DNA from: Archangium sp. | GTDB lineage: Bacteria > Myxococcota > Myxococcia > Myxococcales > Myxococcaceae | Direction: 5' to 3' | NCBI GenBank assembly: GCA_031367385.1 | Contig: JANLPS010000227.1 | Coordinates: forward strand, 1 to 51,921 | Length of the DNA: 51,921 nt | Shown here: positions 25,724 to 35,794 of the stretch, in pieces | Layout: each line of letters opens with the position of its first letter | Numbering within the stretch: the first letter of the stretch is position 1 | Program-made: the position numbers and the translations under genes | The notes under the pieces: model-generated | The model's database searches: none | What the model was told of the DNA's origin: nothing | Seen by the model: only the letters and a program-made list of their open reading frames with translations

Positions 25724-28700
25724 TCAGGGCTCCCGACGGCGCCGCGACAGCCACCCGAGCAGCGCGAGCCCCAGGGCCATCGGCACCGGGCCTCCACTCG
25801 TGCACCCACAGCGACCCGTCACGCCGGTGCCGGGAGCAGACCCGCCATCGAGCCCCGCAGACCCGCCATCGGCCTCGCCAGAGCCCCCGCCAGCACCACC
25901 GCCTGTTCCACCGCCATCTGGCTGCGCCTTCGCGGTCACCATCACCGCGGCCGAGCGAGTCGACTTGCCCGAAGCATCGGAGGCGATCGCCACCAGCGTG
26001 TGGTCACCGGCGGCGACGTCAATCGTTGCCGCCCACGGCAACTGCGTGAGCTCGCGCACCACCACGCCATCGAGCTCGAGCTTCACCGACACCACGGCCA
26101 CGTCGTCACTCGCGCTGACCGTCACCGGCACCGTCAACCCCACCTCGCCCCCGGTCGGCGTCACGATGCTCACCACCGGCGCAGAGACATCGGTGCTCTC
26201 GGGGCCAACCAAAATCATCACCGCGTCACTGGTCGAGCTGTTGCCGGCGGCATCGGTGGCCTTGGCGGTCAGCACGTGCGAGCCATTCGTGAGCGCCGAG
26301 AAATCAACCATCACTGAGAACGGTGGCTGGGTGTCCTCTCCGACCTTCACGCCGTCGACGAAGATCTCGACCTTCACCACGCCGACGTTGTCAGTCGCCG
26401 TCACGGTGACCACTGCCGGGCCAATCACCCGCGTACCCGCCACGGGAGCACTCACCGACACCGTCGGGGGCATCGTGTCGGCCTGCAGGCTCACCACCAG
26501 TGACGCCTGGCCACTGACGCTCCCCAGCGTCGCGGTGACGGTGAACGGGCCACCCGCCACTGCCCCGGCGGTGAACAACCCGGCGCCGGTGATGGTGCCT
26601 CCGCCCGAGACGGTGAAGGCGACCGCTGGGTTCGACGCGAGTGGGTGCCCGAATTGATCATTCACCGTCGCGGCGAACTGCTGCGTCGTCGACACCTGAA
26701 CCATCGCGACCGAGGGCTGCACTTCGATGGTGGTCGCGGTCGGTACCACCACCACGTGCACCGCGCTCGCGATGCTGTGGCCATCGCCATCGGTGATGGT
26801 CACCGTGAAGTCGTACGCACCCGCCGTGGTAAACGTCGCGGTCGCGGTCTTGGCCGCGTTGGAGCCATTCGCCGAGAACGCCACGGTCGCCGGGCCGGTC
26901 GAGGCCCAGGTGTACGTCAGCCCCGCTTCACCTGTGTCGTCATTGGCCAAGACGCTCAGCGACGTCGTCGTAATCACCACCGGAGACGGGTCAGCCTTCG
27001 CCGCGGCCACCAACGTCGGAGACCCGCTCGCCGTGACGATCACGCTGGCGGTGCCAGTGACTCCATTGCTGCTGGCGCTCAAGGTGTACGGGCCCCCAGG
27101 CGTGCCACCGGCGGTGAACAACCCGCTGCTCGACACCGTGCCGGCCGCGCTCGGCACGCTCCACGTCGGCTGCGCCTTGCCCATCACCGTGCCGAATTGG
27201 TCGGTGAGCGTCGCCGTGAACTGCGCGGTACCGCCCGGCAACACGTTCGCCGAGGTCGGGGCCACCTGCATCGCGGTCTCGATCTGATTCACCACGACGG
27301 TCACCTGCGACTTCACCGTCAAGCCGCCCGGGTCGGTGATGGTCACTTGAAACGTGTACGAGCCTGCGGCCGCGAAGGTCGCGGTCGTCGACTTGGCCGC
27401 GTTGGTGCCGTTCGCGGTGTAGGTGACCGCCGCGTTGCCCGAGGTGGCGAGCCAGGTGTAGGTCAGGCCGCTCTCAGGGCCGTCAGGGTCAGCGCCCAGC
27501 ACAGACAAGACGCTGGTCACCCCGCTCACCACCGGGCTCGGGGTCGCCGCCGCCGCGGTCGCGACGGTCGGAGCCGCGTTGACGACGGTGGTCGCGAAAT
27601 CTTGGCCCGTCACATCACTGGCCCCGACGGTCACGCTCCGGCTGACGGGCACGAAGGTCACTCCGCTGCGCGTCGGGGTCAGGGTGTACGAACCCGGGGG
27701 CACTCCGACGACGACGTACTTGCCCAGCACGTCGGTGGTCGCACTGCGCGTACCGTCGCTGACCACCACGCCGCTCAGCGGAGTGCCACCCGTCAGCACC
27801 TGGCCCGAGACCTGGTACGTGGTGCCGGTGACGACCTTGAACAGCAGGGTGAAGCTCTGCTGACCGCCGGTGAGCGTCAGCGGGTTGGTGAAGGTGTCGG
27901 GCTCGATGGTCACGCCCGGGCTGGTCGCGGTGAGGTTCCACTCCCCGGGAGGAATTGGGCCGAGCGAGAAGACCCACGCGACGCCGCCGTCGCCGCCTCC
28001 ACCTTGGGGGCCCCCAGTGCCCTCACCTCGAGACAACGTGCACGTCACCGAGCGAACCCCGTCGGTGACGACCGGAGCCGTGGCGACCTGCGCAGCGGGA
28101 ATGGTGCCGAACAGGTATTGGCCGGTCGCATAGAAATTGGCCGTGCCGTTGCCGCCCATGATCTCGATTGACTGCGCCGGGCCGAAAGCCCACCCGAGCA
28201 TCGAGGCGCTCACTGCGTAGCGCCCGCCTGCCACCGGGCTGATCGAGTACCCGGCCGACCCGCTGTTTGAGGCATTGAGCGAGCCGTTGGTCACCAGCGC
28301 CCCCACCAGAGGAGACCCACTCGCGTACACATTGCCGTTGATTGAATACGACGCGTTGGCGACCGCGGTGAAGTCGAGCCCACTTGCCGCCGCCGATACC
28401 GTCACCGGGTTCGTGAATGACGCGCTGATGGCGAAGTCGAACTTCGACGCCGAGAGGGTCTGGCTGCCTGCGGGCACGTTGGTCAGCACGAAATCGCCAG
28501 TGCTCAAGGTCGTCGTCACCCGCGCACCATCGCTGACACGCACGCCCTCGAGGCCCACGCCACCCGAGGTGACTTTGCCGGAGAGGCTGAACCCACTCGG
28601 CGTGCCCACGGTGACGGGCACTCCGACGGTCGCCAGGTGGCCTTTCATGTCGCTCACCGTGCAACGCACGAAGAATACCCGGTCGCCGCCCAGTGTCTTC

Positions 28701-30601
28701 GAGGCCACGGCGGTGTTGGGCCCGAAGGTGCCGTCGTCGAAGTCCCACGCGTAGGCGAGGGTATCGCCGTCGGGGTCGCTCGCCGTCACGGTGAAGGTCA
28801 CCGAGGTGTTGTTCGCGACCGTGCTCGCGCTGGCAGCGATCGTCGCGGTCGGCGCTCGGTTGCCAGCAAAAGTACCCAGGTTGACCACCACGTCGAGCGA
28901 CTCCGGGGTCGTGCCGCCCTTGCCGACCGGCGTCAGGTAAATGCCGGCGAGCGGGTCTGAGAAGGTGCGACCGATGACCAACGCCGAATCGCTGGTGTTG
29001 CCGTCGGGCGTCATGTCGAGCAGGTGGCTGCCGTTCGCGCCACTGTACGGGTAGCCGAAGTTGATCACCGCGCCGTTGAACGCCGACGCATTGCCCGGGA
29101 GCGCTTGGCGAAACTCGAGCCAGTAATCGCGCTTCAGCGGGTCGCCACCCCGCGGCACCTTGAGGCCGTGGTTGCCCGAGCTGATCGCGGTCTCGAGCGC
29201 GTACATGCGGTAGGTGCCGCTGGTCGAGACGACCTGCACCTCGGTCGAGGGCACCCACTGGTAGATGCGCTTGAACCACACGTTGAAGTGCGAATTTTGG
29301 TTGCCGCTCGAGCCCATCATGTCGAACGGGTTGCCGTATTCGACGTTGCCGCCGTTGGCGCTGATGATGCTCTGACCCGCGCTCCAGAAGTTCGCGTGGT
29401 AGACGCCGTAGTTGTGACCCAGCTCGTGGGCCGAGATGCGCAGCGAGTAGTTGCCGTTCATCCACAAGCCGCGGGTGCCGACCGCTCCGAACCCGGCGCC
29501 GTTGTGAAAGATGTTGGTGGGCGCAACGATGTCGAGGTTGTAGTCGTTGGGCTCGATGCCGGCGGCCCGTGCCGCGGCCAAGGCGTCGTTTCGAAGGCCG
29601 TAGAGATCTGACGCGTCGCCGTACGTGGCCGCGGTCTTCGGCATTCGCAGCGTCGCGGTCACCGTCGAGATCATCGAGGTCTGGCCGTACGAGGCATTGA
29701 CGAAGAACGTGTTCGTCTGAGTGTCGATGAGGTCTTTCATGTCGCTCTCGCTCACCGGGTCGCCGGGGCGGTCAGAGAAGTCGACGCGAATCACCAGAAT
29801 GGTCTTGGGCCCGAGGCTCCACACTGCGTCTGCAATGCCGTCGACCTTCTCTTGCTCGGTCAGCCTGTACTCTTCGGCCTGCGCGTGCTCGACGACGCAA
29901 AACCCGACGGTCGAATCGCCGGTGTGAAACACCAGCGCGTGCTCGATTTGACGCTTCGAGGTCGGGCAAATCGACGGCGTGTCGCTCGGCAACACCACCT
30001 TCTCGCCGGGAAAAAGCTTTCGCAGCGGCGACTCGGTCAACCCAATGACCCCATCGAGCTCAACCCCGTGCAGGCGCAGGTGCTCTTGGCTCTTCTGCGC
30101 GAAGCGGCGGCCCGACACCCCCGCCCGCAGCATCGTCGTGCTCGCATCATCGAAGCTCACGAAGCGCTCGACCGGAGTCACCACCACCGGCCCATTGGGC
30201 GTCGCCGCCACGACGTTCAACGTGCCGACCCCGTCACGCCAACGCTCAACGCGCTCGCGAACGATGCCGGGCAACGCGGCGCGCTCGACCGGGTTGAACG
30301 CGAGCGGCAGCGCCTTCTGGGGAGCGCTGAGCAGCAGCTCGCGCATCACAACCCGACGTGCGGTGGCCAGGGTCGTGCCTTGCTCGAGCATCGAGGCCCG
30401 GGCCGAGGGCTCGGCGCTCTGGTACCCGGCGAGCCACGTACGAAAATCTCGATTGGCCAGCGCCAGCTTCGAGAGCGCGTCATTCGCCTCGAGGGCCTGC
30501 TCGACCCTCGGAGCGAACAGCACGTCGGCGACTTCGGGAGCACGGGGTTCAGCGGTGCACGCGGTCAACAGCGCCACCGTCACCAGAGTTGTCAAACGCA
30601 T
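25724..30601 (-). CDS. Large exported Zn-metalloprotease (M11/gametolysin-like) with PKD, carboxypeptidase-regulatory-like and Ig domains and a MYXO-CTERM tail
   Basis: Lipobox LLTAC; zinc motif HELGHNYGVYH (HExxHxxGxxH); Met-turn EYGNPFDMMG; PKD-like DPDGDTLAYAWDFDDG; Big-like repeats; C-terminal GRCGC-TM-RRRR. Confidence 0.88.
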   Translation of the reverse strand: MRLTTLVTVALLTACTAEPRAPEVADVLFAPRVEQALEANDALSKLALANRDFRTWLAGYQSAEPSARASMLEQGTTLATARRVVMRELLLSAPQKALPLAFNPVERAALPGIVRERVERWRDGVGTLNVVAATPNGPVVVTPVERFVSFDDASTTMLRAGVSGRRFAQKSQEHLRLHGVELDGVIGLTESPLRKLFPGEKVVLPSDTPSICPTSKRQIEHALVFHTGDSTVGFCVVEHAQAEEYRLTEQEKVDGIADAVWSLGPKTILVIRVDFSDRPGDPVSESDMKDLIDTQTNTFFVNASYGQTSMISTVTATLRMPKTAATYGDASDLYGLRNDALAAARAAGIEPNDYNLDIVAPTNIFHNGAGFGAVGTRGLWMNGNYSLRISAHELGHNYGVYHANFWSAGQSIISANGGNVEYGNPFDMMGSSGNQNSHFNVWFKRIYQWVPSTEVQVVSTSGTYRMYALETAISSGNHGLKVPRGGDPLKRDYWLEFRQALPGNASAFNGAVINFGYPYSGANGSHLLDMTPDGNTSDSALVIGRTFSDPLAGIYLTPVGKGGTTPESLDVVVNLGTFAGNRAPTATIAASASTVANNTSVTFTVTASDPDGDTLAYAWDFDDGTFGPNTAVASKTLGGDRVFFVRCTVSDMKGHLATVGVPVTVGTPSGFSLSGKVTSGGVGLEGVRVSDGARVTTTLSTGDFVLTNVPAGSQTLSASKFDFAISASFTNPVTVSAAASGLDFTAVANASYSINGNVYASGSPLVGALVTNGSLNASNSGSAGYSISPVAGGRYAVSASMLGWAFGPAQSIEIMGGNGTANFYATGQYLFGTIPAAQVATAPVVTDGVRSVTCTLSRGEGTGGPQGGGGDGGVAWVFSLGPIPPGEWNLTATSPGVTIEPDTFTNPLTLTGGQQSFTLLFKVVTGTTYQVSGQVLTGGTPLSGVVVSDGTRSATTDVLGKYVVVGVPPGSYTLTPTRSGVTFVPVSRSVTVGASDVTGQDFATTVVNAAPTVATAAAATPSPVVSGVTSVLSVLGADPDGPESGLTYTWLATSGNAAVTYTANGTNAAKSTTATFAAAGSYTFQVTITDPGGLTVKSQVTVVVNQIETAMQVAPTSANVLPGGTAQFTATLTDQFGTVMGKAQPTWSVPSAAGTVSSSGLFTAGGTPGGPYTLSASSNGVTGTASVIVTASGSPTLVAAAKADPSPVVITTTSLSVLANDDTGEAGLTYTWASTGPATVAFSANGSNAAKTATATFTTAGAYDFTVTITDGDGHSIASAVHVVVVPTATTIEVQPSVAMVQVSTTQQFAATVNDQFGHPLASNPAVAFTVSGGGTITGAGLFTAGAVAGGPFTVTATLGSVSGQASLVVSLQADTMPPTVSVSAPVAGTRVIGPAVVTVTATDNVGVVKVEIFVDGVKVGEDTQPPFSVMVDFSALTNGSHVLTAKATDAAGNSSTSDAVMILVGPESTDVSAPVVSIVTPTGGEVGLTVPVTVSASDDVAVVSVKLELDGVVVRELTQLPWAATIDVAAGDHTLVAIASDASGKSTRSAAVMVTAKAQPDGGGTGGGAGGGSGEADGGSAGLDGGSAPGTGVTGRCGCTSGGPVPMALGLALLGWLSRRRREP

Positions 30602-30667
30602 CGCGCGACCAAACCACAGGTGGGCGATTTCAGCAGGTGATCACTGTTGTGCCCATCGCACACTGCG

Positions 30668-31408
30668 TCAGTTCTTCACCTCGAAACGCACCCGCACCGT
30701 GGTCAAGATGTCTTTCTCATACGATGAGGTGTCGTAGTTGCCCTCCCACGAGGTCTCGGTGGAGTTGGCGGGGTTGACGTTGATGACGCCGGTGTCGATG
30801 CCCTCGACCCGCCCGACCCTGGCGCCCCCGCCCGCGGCTTCAATCATTCGCTCGGCCCGATTTCGCGCGTCACGCGAGGCCTCGGCCAGCATCTCGATCT
30901 TCAGCTCGCCAATCTTGGTGAACAGGTACGACGGCGACTGCGAGGTGATGACGAGCCCCTTCTCGAGCAGCTGGGTGGCCTCGCGAGAGATGCGCTCGAC
31001 CAACGGCACGTCGCCCGATGACACGTTGATGTTCTGCTGGGCGCGCCAGCCATCGAACACCGTCTTGTGCCGGGTCTTCGAGCCCTCTTCGACGACGTCT
31101 TCGTGCGAGAGCTCGAGCAGGTCGACCGCCGAGGCACGAATCGCCGCGTCAGGCAGCCCCGCCGCTTTCAAGAACGCGCGCACCGCCTCGACGTCTTTGG
31201 TGATCGCCCCGTAGGCCTCGATGCGGGTCGGCTTCACGCTGCTGACCACTGCCGTCCACTGCGCGAGGTCTGAGTTGATTCGCTTTCGCGCCGACCCACG
31301 CACATCGATGGTCGTCGGCCGGGTCAGCTTCACCGACACCCACGCAAAGGCGCCAATCAGGGTGCACACCACCAACGCAATGGCCAATGGCAACGAGCGA
31401 CGATCCAT
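30668..31408 (-). CDS. SIMPL domain-containing protein
   Basis: N-terminal TM, IDVRGSARKRINSDLAQW, KIEMLAEASRDARNRAE, and C-terminal VRVRFEV. Confidence 0.85.
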   Translation of the reverse strand: MDRRSLPLAIALVVCTLIGAFAWVSVKLTRPTTIDVRGSARKRINSDLAQWTAVVSSVKPTRIEAYGAITKDVEAVRAFLKAAGLPDAAIRASAVDLLELSHEDVVEEGSKTRHKTVFDGWRAQQNINVSSGDVPLVERISREATQLLEKGLVITSQSPSYLFTKIGELKIEMLAEASRDARNRAERMIEAAGGGARVGRVEGIDTGVINVNPANSTETSWEGNYDTSSYEKDILTTVRVRFEVKN

Positions 31409-31464
31409 CGTTCGCCTTGTAGCAGAGGGCCAACGTGGCAGACTCCCTCTTGAAGAAGGCTCTT

Positions 31465-31710
31465 GTGAACATCACCGTCATCATTCCCAAAGCGCTTCAA
31501 GCGGCCTGCGAGGGCCGGGCGAAAATCGAGCTGGGCGTGCCTCCCACGAGTGACCTGGCCGACGTGATTCAAACCCTGATGACGCTGTACCCGGGCCTGC
31601 GCGCCTTCGTCGCCAACGAGAAGCGGCCGATGCGGCAGTCGTTCGGCGTGGCCCAGGCGGGCCGAAAAGTTTTTCTCTTCACCTCGACCGGCTCTCCGGC
31701 AACGACCTGA
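31465..31710 (+). CDS. MoaD/ThiS-like beta-grasp protein lacking the C-terminal Gly-Gly
   Basis: ITVIIPKALQAACEG...DLADVIQTLMTLYPGLR resembles the MoaD/QbsE N-terminal half; ends STGSPATT. Start could be GTG 31465 or GTG 31435. Confidence 0.6.
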   Translation: MNITVIIPKALQAACEGRAKIELGVPPTSDLADVIQTLMTLYPGLRAFVANEKRPMRQSFGVAQAGRKVFLFTSTGSPATT

Positions 31711-31799
31711 GGTTGTTCGGGTTCTCTTGGAGACGGAGAATTCTACCAAGCGGTGCTTTCTTGCATCGCAGGTAGGCAACCCCGTACCCTGCGCGGCCC

Positions 31800-34193
31800 A
31801 TGACGCCTGAAGAATCGCAGACCACCCCGGCGCTCGAGAAGCGGCTGTCGTCTTGGCCCCGCTCGGCGACCCTGGGCGTCATCTTGTTGGGGGTCAGCCT
31901 CGCCTCGGCGCTGCTGCTCTCGCCGGGGCTCTCGAGCCAGCAACTCCCCGCGTTGACTGACGAAAGTCTCGGCCGGCCCTTTCGGGGGTCGTCGCTTGTC
32001 GGGTTCAAAGCCAGCCGCGACTTCGAGGTGCTCGACGAGGTGAAGACCCTGCAGCGCCGCGATGAGGCGCGGGCCCATGTTCGCCCGGTCTTCGACTACG
32101 AGCCCACCGTCGAGTCGTCGGTCAAGCGCGGCGTGCGCAACGCCTTCGCTGAGATGAGGGCCATCGTCGAGCAGCACGCCAAGCCCCCACCGGTCGACCC
32201 GGCCAAGAAGCCCGTCAAAGACCCCAAAGAAGACGCCGAGATGGTGCAGGCCCTGCGTGAGGCCAAGTCGCGGTTTCTCGAGCACGCCACCCCGCCCGAG
32301 AACGATGACTTCGAGGCGCTGGTGCAGGCCCGGTTCTCGCCCGAGGCCGAGCAAGCCGCGGTGGGGCTGATTGAGCTGGCCTACCGCTCGAAGCTGGTGG
32401 TCTCGCGCAGTGAGCTTTCGCGCATCGACGCCAATGGCATCACCACCCGCCTGGTGGGGGGTACGAGCGAGTCTGAAGGGCCGACCACGCCGCCGACGGT
32501 GCTCGACATCAACGAGGCCTCGGCCGAGCTCGATCGCTATGCGTCGGTGCCGGGCAACCTGCTGACCGAGTCGTCGCCCACCCTGCGTGGAGCGGTGCTG
32601 CGGCTCGCCCGCCGGCAGCTCCGCGCCAACCTGACCGTGAACATCGCCGAGACCGAGGCCCGCAAGCAGGCCGCCTGGGCCGCGGCGAAGCCGGTGCTCA
32701 TCTCGGTGAAGAAGGGCCAGCGCGTCATCGGCGACGGTGAGCTGGTCAACGAGACGCACATGCTCATCGTCAAGGCGCTGCGCACGCAGACCAACGAGCT
32801 CGAGCTCTTCGCCACCCAGTTCGGCGGCCTGGGCATGGTCGCGCTGGTCGTCGGAGCGGCCTGGTTCTTCTTTCAGGCCTCGCTGCGACGCTTTCGCCCT
32901 CTGCGCCGAGACGCGCTGTTCATGGGGCTGCTCTCGGTCGCCCTGCTCGGAGCACTGCACCTGTGGATGCTGGTGGCCGACGCGGTGCACGACCGCTACC
33001 CGTCGCTGCCGATTGAAGCGCTGCACTTCGCTTTTCCCCTCGCGGCGGGGGCGATGCTGGTTCGCTTCGTGCTCTCAGACGAGTCGAGCCTCTTCTTCGG
33101 CATCGTGTTCTCGATTCTGGCCGGCATCATGCTCGGCAACTCGCTGGCCTTCTTTCTCTTTGGCCTCGTCACTTCGCTCTTCGCGGCCGAGCGCATCGCC
33201 AAAGCGAAAGACCGCGCGGGCATTTTTCGCGCCGGGTTGATGGTCGGCGTTCTGGCCTGGGCGATGGTGATTTTTCTCTCACTCGCCGCCGGTCGCGGGT
33301 TCGGGCTCGAGTCATTCGTAGGGGGGCTGGCCGCCTTCGCCTCGTCGGCCTTCGTGGTGCCGATGCTGGTGCTGACCCTGACGCCGCTGGTCGAAGCGGC
33401 GTTCGGCTACGCCTCAGACTTGAAGCTGCTCGAGCTGGCGAACCTGAACCACCCGGCCCTCAAAGAGCTGGTGCTGCAGGCGCCCGGCACCTACCACCAC
33501 TCGATCATCATGGGCTCGCTGGTCGAAGCCGCGGCCGAGGCCATCGGCGCCAACCCGCTGCTCGCGCGAAGCTGCGCCTACTACCATGACATCGGCAAGG
33601 GCCGGAACCCGGCGTACTTCGGAGAAAACCAGAAGGGCGAGAACGCCCACGACACGCTCGCTCCGACGATGAGCGCGGTGATCATCAAGCGCCACGTGAC
33701 CGAAGGCCTCGAGATGGCGCGTCAGTTCAAGCTGCCCCGCCGCGTGGCCGACGCGATACCGCAGCACCATGGCACCCGGTTGGTCGGCTACTTCTACCAT
33801 CGCGCCCAGAAGCTCGAAGAAGCCAAAGAACACCCGCAGCCCGTCGATGACGCGCAGTACCGCTACCCGGGCCCCAAGCCGCAATTTCGCGAGGCCGCGC
33901 TGGTGATGATCGCCGATGCGGTCGAGGCGGCGAGCCGCTCACTGCCGCACCCCACGCCCGAGCTGTTGCTGACGCTGGTGCAGAAGATGATCAACATGGT
34001 CTTCAGCGAAGGCCAGCTCGACGAGTGCGACTTGACCCTCAAAGACCTGCACCTCATCGCGCAGTCATTCGTGCGCACGCTCGAGGGCATCTACCACGCG
34101 CGGCCGGCCTACCCGCCGGGTGCCGTAGGAGGCGGGCGCCCGCCTTCGACCGATGTGCTCAAGCCGCTCACGGTGGTCAAGAAGTCGGGATGA
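31800..34193 (+). CDS. 7TM-HD membrane phosphohydrolase (PgpH/YqfF-like)
   Basis: TM, large extracytoplasmic domain, multi-TM bundle, then HD domain (APGTYHHS, YYHDIGK, QHHGT, RYPGPKPQ, MIADAVEAASR). Confidence 0.93.
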   Translation: MTPEESQTTPALEKRLSSWPRSATLGVILLGVSLASALLLSPGLSSQQLPALTDESLGRPFRGSSLVGFKASRDFEVLDEVKTLQRRDEARAHVRPVFDYEPTVESSVKRGVRNAFAEMRAIVEQHAKPPPVDPAKKPVKDPKEDAEMVQALREAKSRFLEHATPPENDDFEALVQARFSPEAEQAAVGLIELAYRSKLVVSRSELSRIDANGITTRLVGGTSESEGPTTPPTVLDINEASAELDRYASVPGNLLTESSPTLRGAVLRLARRQLRANLTVNIAETEARKQAAWAAAKPVLISVKKGQRVIGDGELVNETHMLIVKALRTQTNELELFATQFGGLGMVALVVGAAWFFFQASLRRFRPLRRDALFMGLLSVALLGALHLWMLVADAVHDRYPSLPIEALHFAFPLAAGAMLVRFVLSDESSLFFGIVFSILAGIMLGNSLAFFLFGLVTSLFAAERIAKAKDRAGIFRAGLMVGVLAWAMVIFLSLAAGRGFGLESFVGGLAAFASSAFVVPMLVLTLTPLVEAAFGYASDLKLLELANLNHPALKELVLQAPGTYHHSIIMGSLVEAAAEAIGANPLLARSCAYYHDIGKGRNPAYFGENQKGENAHDTLAPTMSAVIIKRHVTEGLEMARQFKLPRRVADAIPQHHGTRLVGYFYHRAQKLEEAKEHPQPVDDAQYRYPGPKPQFREAALVMIADAVEAASRSLPHPTPELLLTLVQKMINMVFSEGQLDECDLTLKDLHLIAQSFVRTLEGIYHARPAYPPGAVGGGRPPSTDVLKPLTVVKKSG

Positions 34194-34651
34194 ACCGGGT
34201 TCTGTATTCGCCGTCAGGCGCGATGATCAACCAGGTCTCGCACGGCAAGCGACTGGTGGCCCTCGCCAAGATCTTCTTGAAGCGCCTGGGCATTGACCGC
34301 GCCGAGCTCTCTTTGACCTTGGTCGACAACCGGCGAATTCGCGCCATCAACCGTCGCTGGCGGGGCAAAGACACGCCGACCGATGTCATCTCCTTCCCCG
34401 GCGGGGCGAGCATCGGGCCTGGCCTTCGGCAGCTGGGCGACATCGTCATCTCGTTCACCACCGCCAAGCAGGCCGCCCGCGACTTCGATTCGACCCTCGA
34501 GCATGAGCTGGCCTTGTACCTCGCACATGGTTTGCTGCATCTGCTCGGGTTCGACCACCTGACCCCTCGCGACGCCCGCGCGATGCAGCGCCAAGAGGCC
34601 TTTCTCCTGGGGCACGCGGGCATGTTGTCGCGCAGCGACGAGGTCGATTGA
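34190..34651 (+). CDS. ybeY: rRNA maturation endoribonuclease YbeY
   Basis: NRRWRGKDTPTDVISF, LGDIVIS, HGLLHLLGFDH; ATGA overlap with the HD gene stop. Confidence 0.95.
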   Translation: MNRVLYSPSGAMINQVSHGKRLVALAKIFLKRLGIDRAELSLTLVDNRRIRAINRRWRGKDTPTDVISFPGGASIGPGLRQLGDIVISFTTAKQAARDFDSTLEHELALYLAHGLLHLLGFDHLTPRDARAMQRQEAFLLGHAGMLSRSDEVD

Positions 34652-34789
34652 CGACATCGACACCGCTCATCCGACCGCTGACCACCTGCAATTATCCGCT
34701 GGGCTGACAATCGGCTGACACGAGAAGGCGTTGATCCGCATACGAAATCAGGAGCGCTTTCTGAGATTTCGCGCGCGAGGAACCCGAAA

Positions 34790-35749
34790 ATGTCTGCACT
34801 GCCGAAAAACGCACCCAAGCTGCCAGAGCCAACCCCTGTCGATGAAGCAGCCCTCGACAAGCTCAACTGGGTGACCAGCGCACCGTTCGTTCTCACGCAC
34901 GTGCTCTGCCTCGGCGCCTTCTTCATGGGCTTTCACTGGCAGTACGCGGTGCTCGCGCTGGTCTCGTACTACGTGCGCATCTTCGGAGTGACCGCCGGCT
35001 ACCACCGCTACTTCTCGCACCGCGCCTACAAGACCAACCGGGTCTTTCAGTTCATGCTCGCGTTTCTGGCGCAGACCTCGATTCAAAAAGGCGTGCTCTG
35101 GTGGGCGGCGAACCACCGGCATCACCACAAGTACTCAGACCAGGCCGAAGACATTCACTCGCCGACGCTCAAGGGCTTCTGGCACAGCCACATGACGTGG
35201 ATTTTGTCGGAGCGGTACGAGAAGACCGACTTCAACCGCATCAAAGACTTCGCCCGTTTCCCCGAGCTGCGGTGGCTGAACACGTATCACCTGGTGCCTG
35301 CCTTGAGCGTCTTCGCCGTGCTCTTCGCCCTCGGCGGCCTGCCCTGGCTGATGTGGGGCGGCATCATTCCCACGGTGTTGGCGTGGCATGGCACCTTCAC
35401 CATCAACTCGCTGAGCCACATCTTCGGGTCGCGCCGCTACATCACCACCGACACCAGCCGAAACAACCTGCTGCTCGCCCTGCTCACCTGTGGTGAAGGG
35501 TGGCACAACAACCACCACTACTACCAAAACACCGCCAACCAGGGCTGGTTCTGGTGGGAGATAGACCTCACCTTCTACGGGCTCAAGGTGCTCTCGTGGC
35601 TCGGGGTGGTCAGCGACCTTCGCATGCCAGCAGAGCAGACGCGGCAGTCATTTCGGGCCTATACACCCGAGCAACGTGCGCAGCTCAACGCTCCAGTGCG
35701 GTTCTTGCCTCGGGCCGAGCAGCCCCAGTCGCAGCCCGTCGAAACCTAA
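34790..35749 (+). CDS. Acyl-CoA (delta-9-type) fatty acid desaturase
   Basis: His boxes HRYFSH, HRHHH and GEGWHNNHH, plus WWEIDLT. Confidence 0.95.
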   Translation: MSALPKNAPKLPEPTPVDEAALDKLNWVTSAPFVLTHVLCLGAFFMGFHWQYAVLALVSYYVRIFGVTAGYHRYFSHRAYKTNRVFQFMLAFLAQTSIQKGVLWWAANHRHHHKYSDQAEDIHSPTLKGFWHSHMTWILSERYEKTDFNRIKDFARFPELRWLNTYHLVPALSVFAVLFALGGLPWLMWGGIIPTVLAWHGTFTINSLSHIFGSRRYITTDTSRNNLLLALLTCGEGWHNNHHYYQNTANQGWFWWEIDLTFYGLKVLSWLGVVSDLRMPAEQTRQSFRAYTPEQRAQLNAPVRFLPRAEQPQSQPVET

Positions 35750-35766
35750 TTCGCCGCGGTTGCGTA
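35741..35766 (+). promoter_or_regulatory. Candidate ECF-type autoregulatory promoter
   Basis: GAAACC-N16-CGTA, 28 bp upstream of the ECF sigma start codon. Confidence 0.4.
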
Positions 35767-35794
35767 GTGCCGTCGAGCACGGGAACCAACGACC

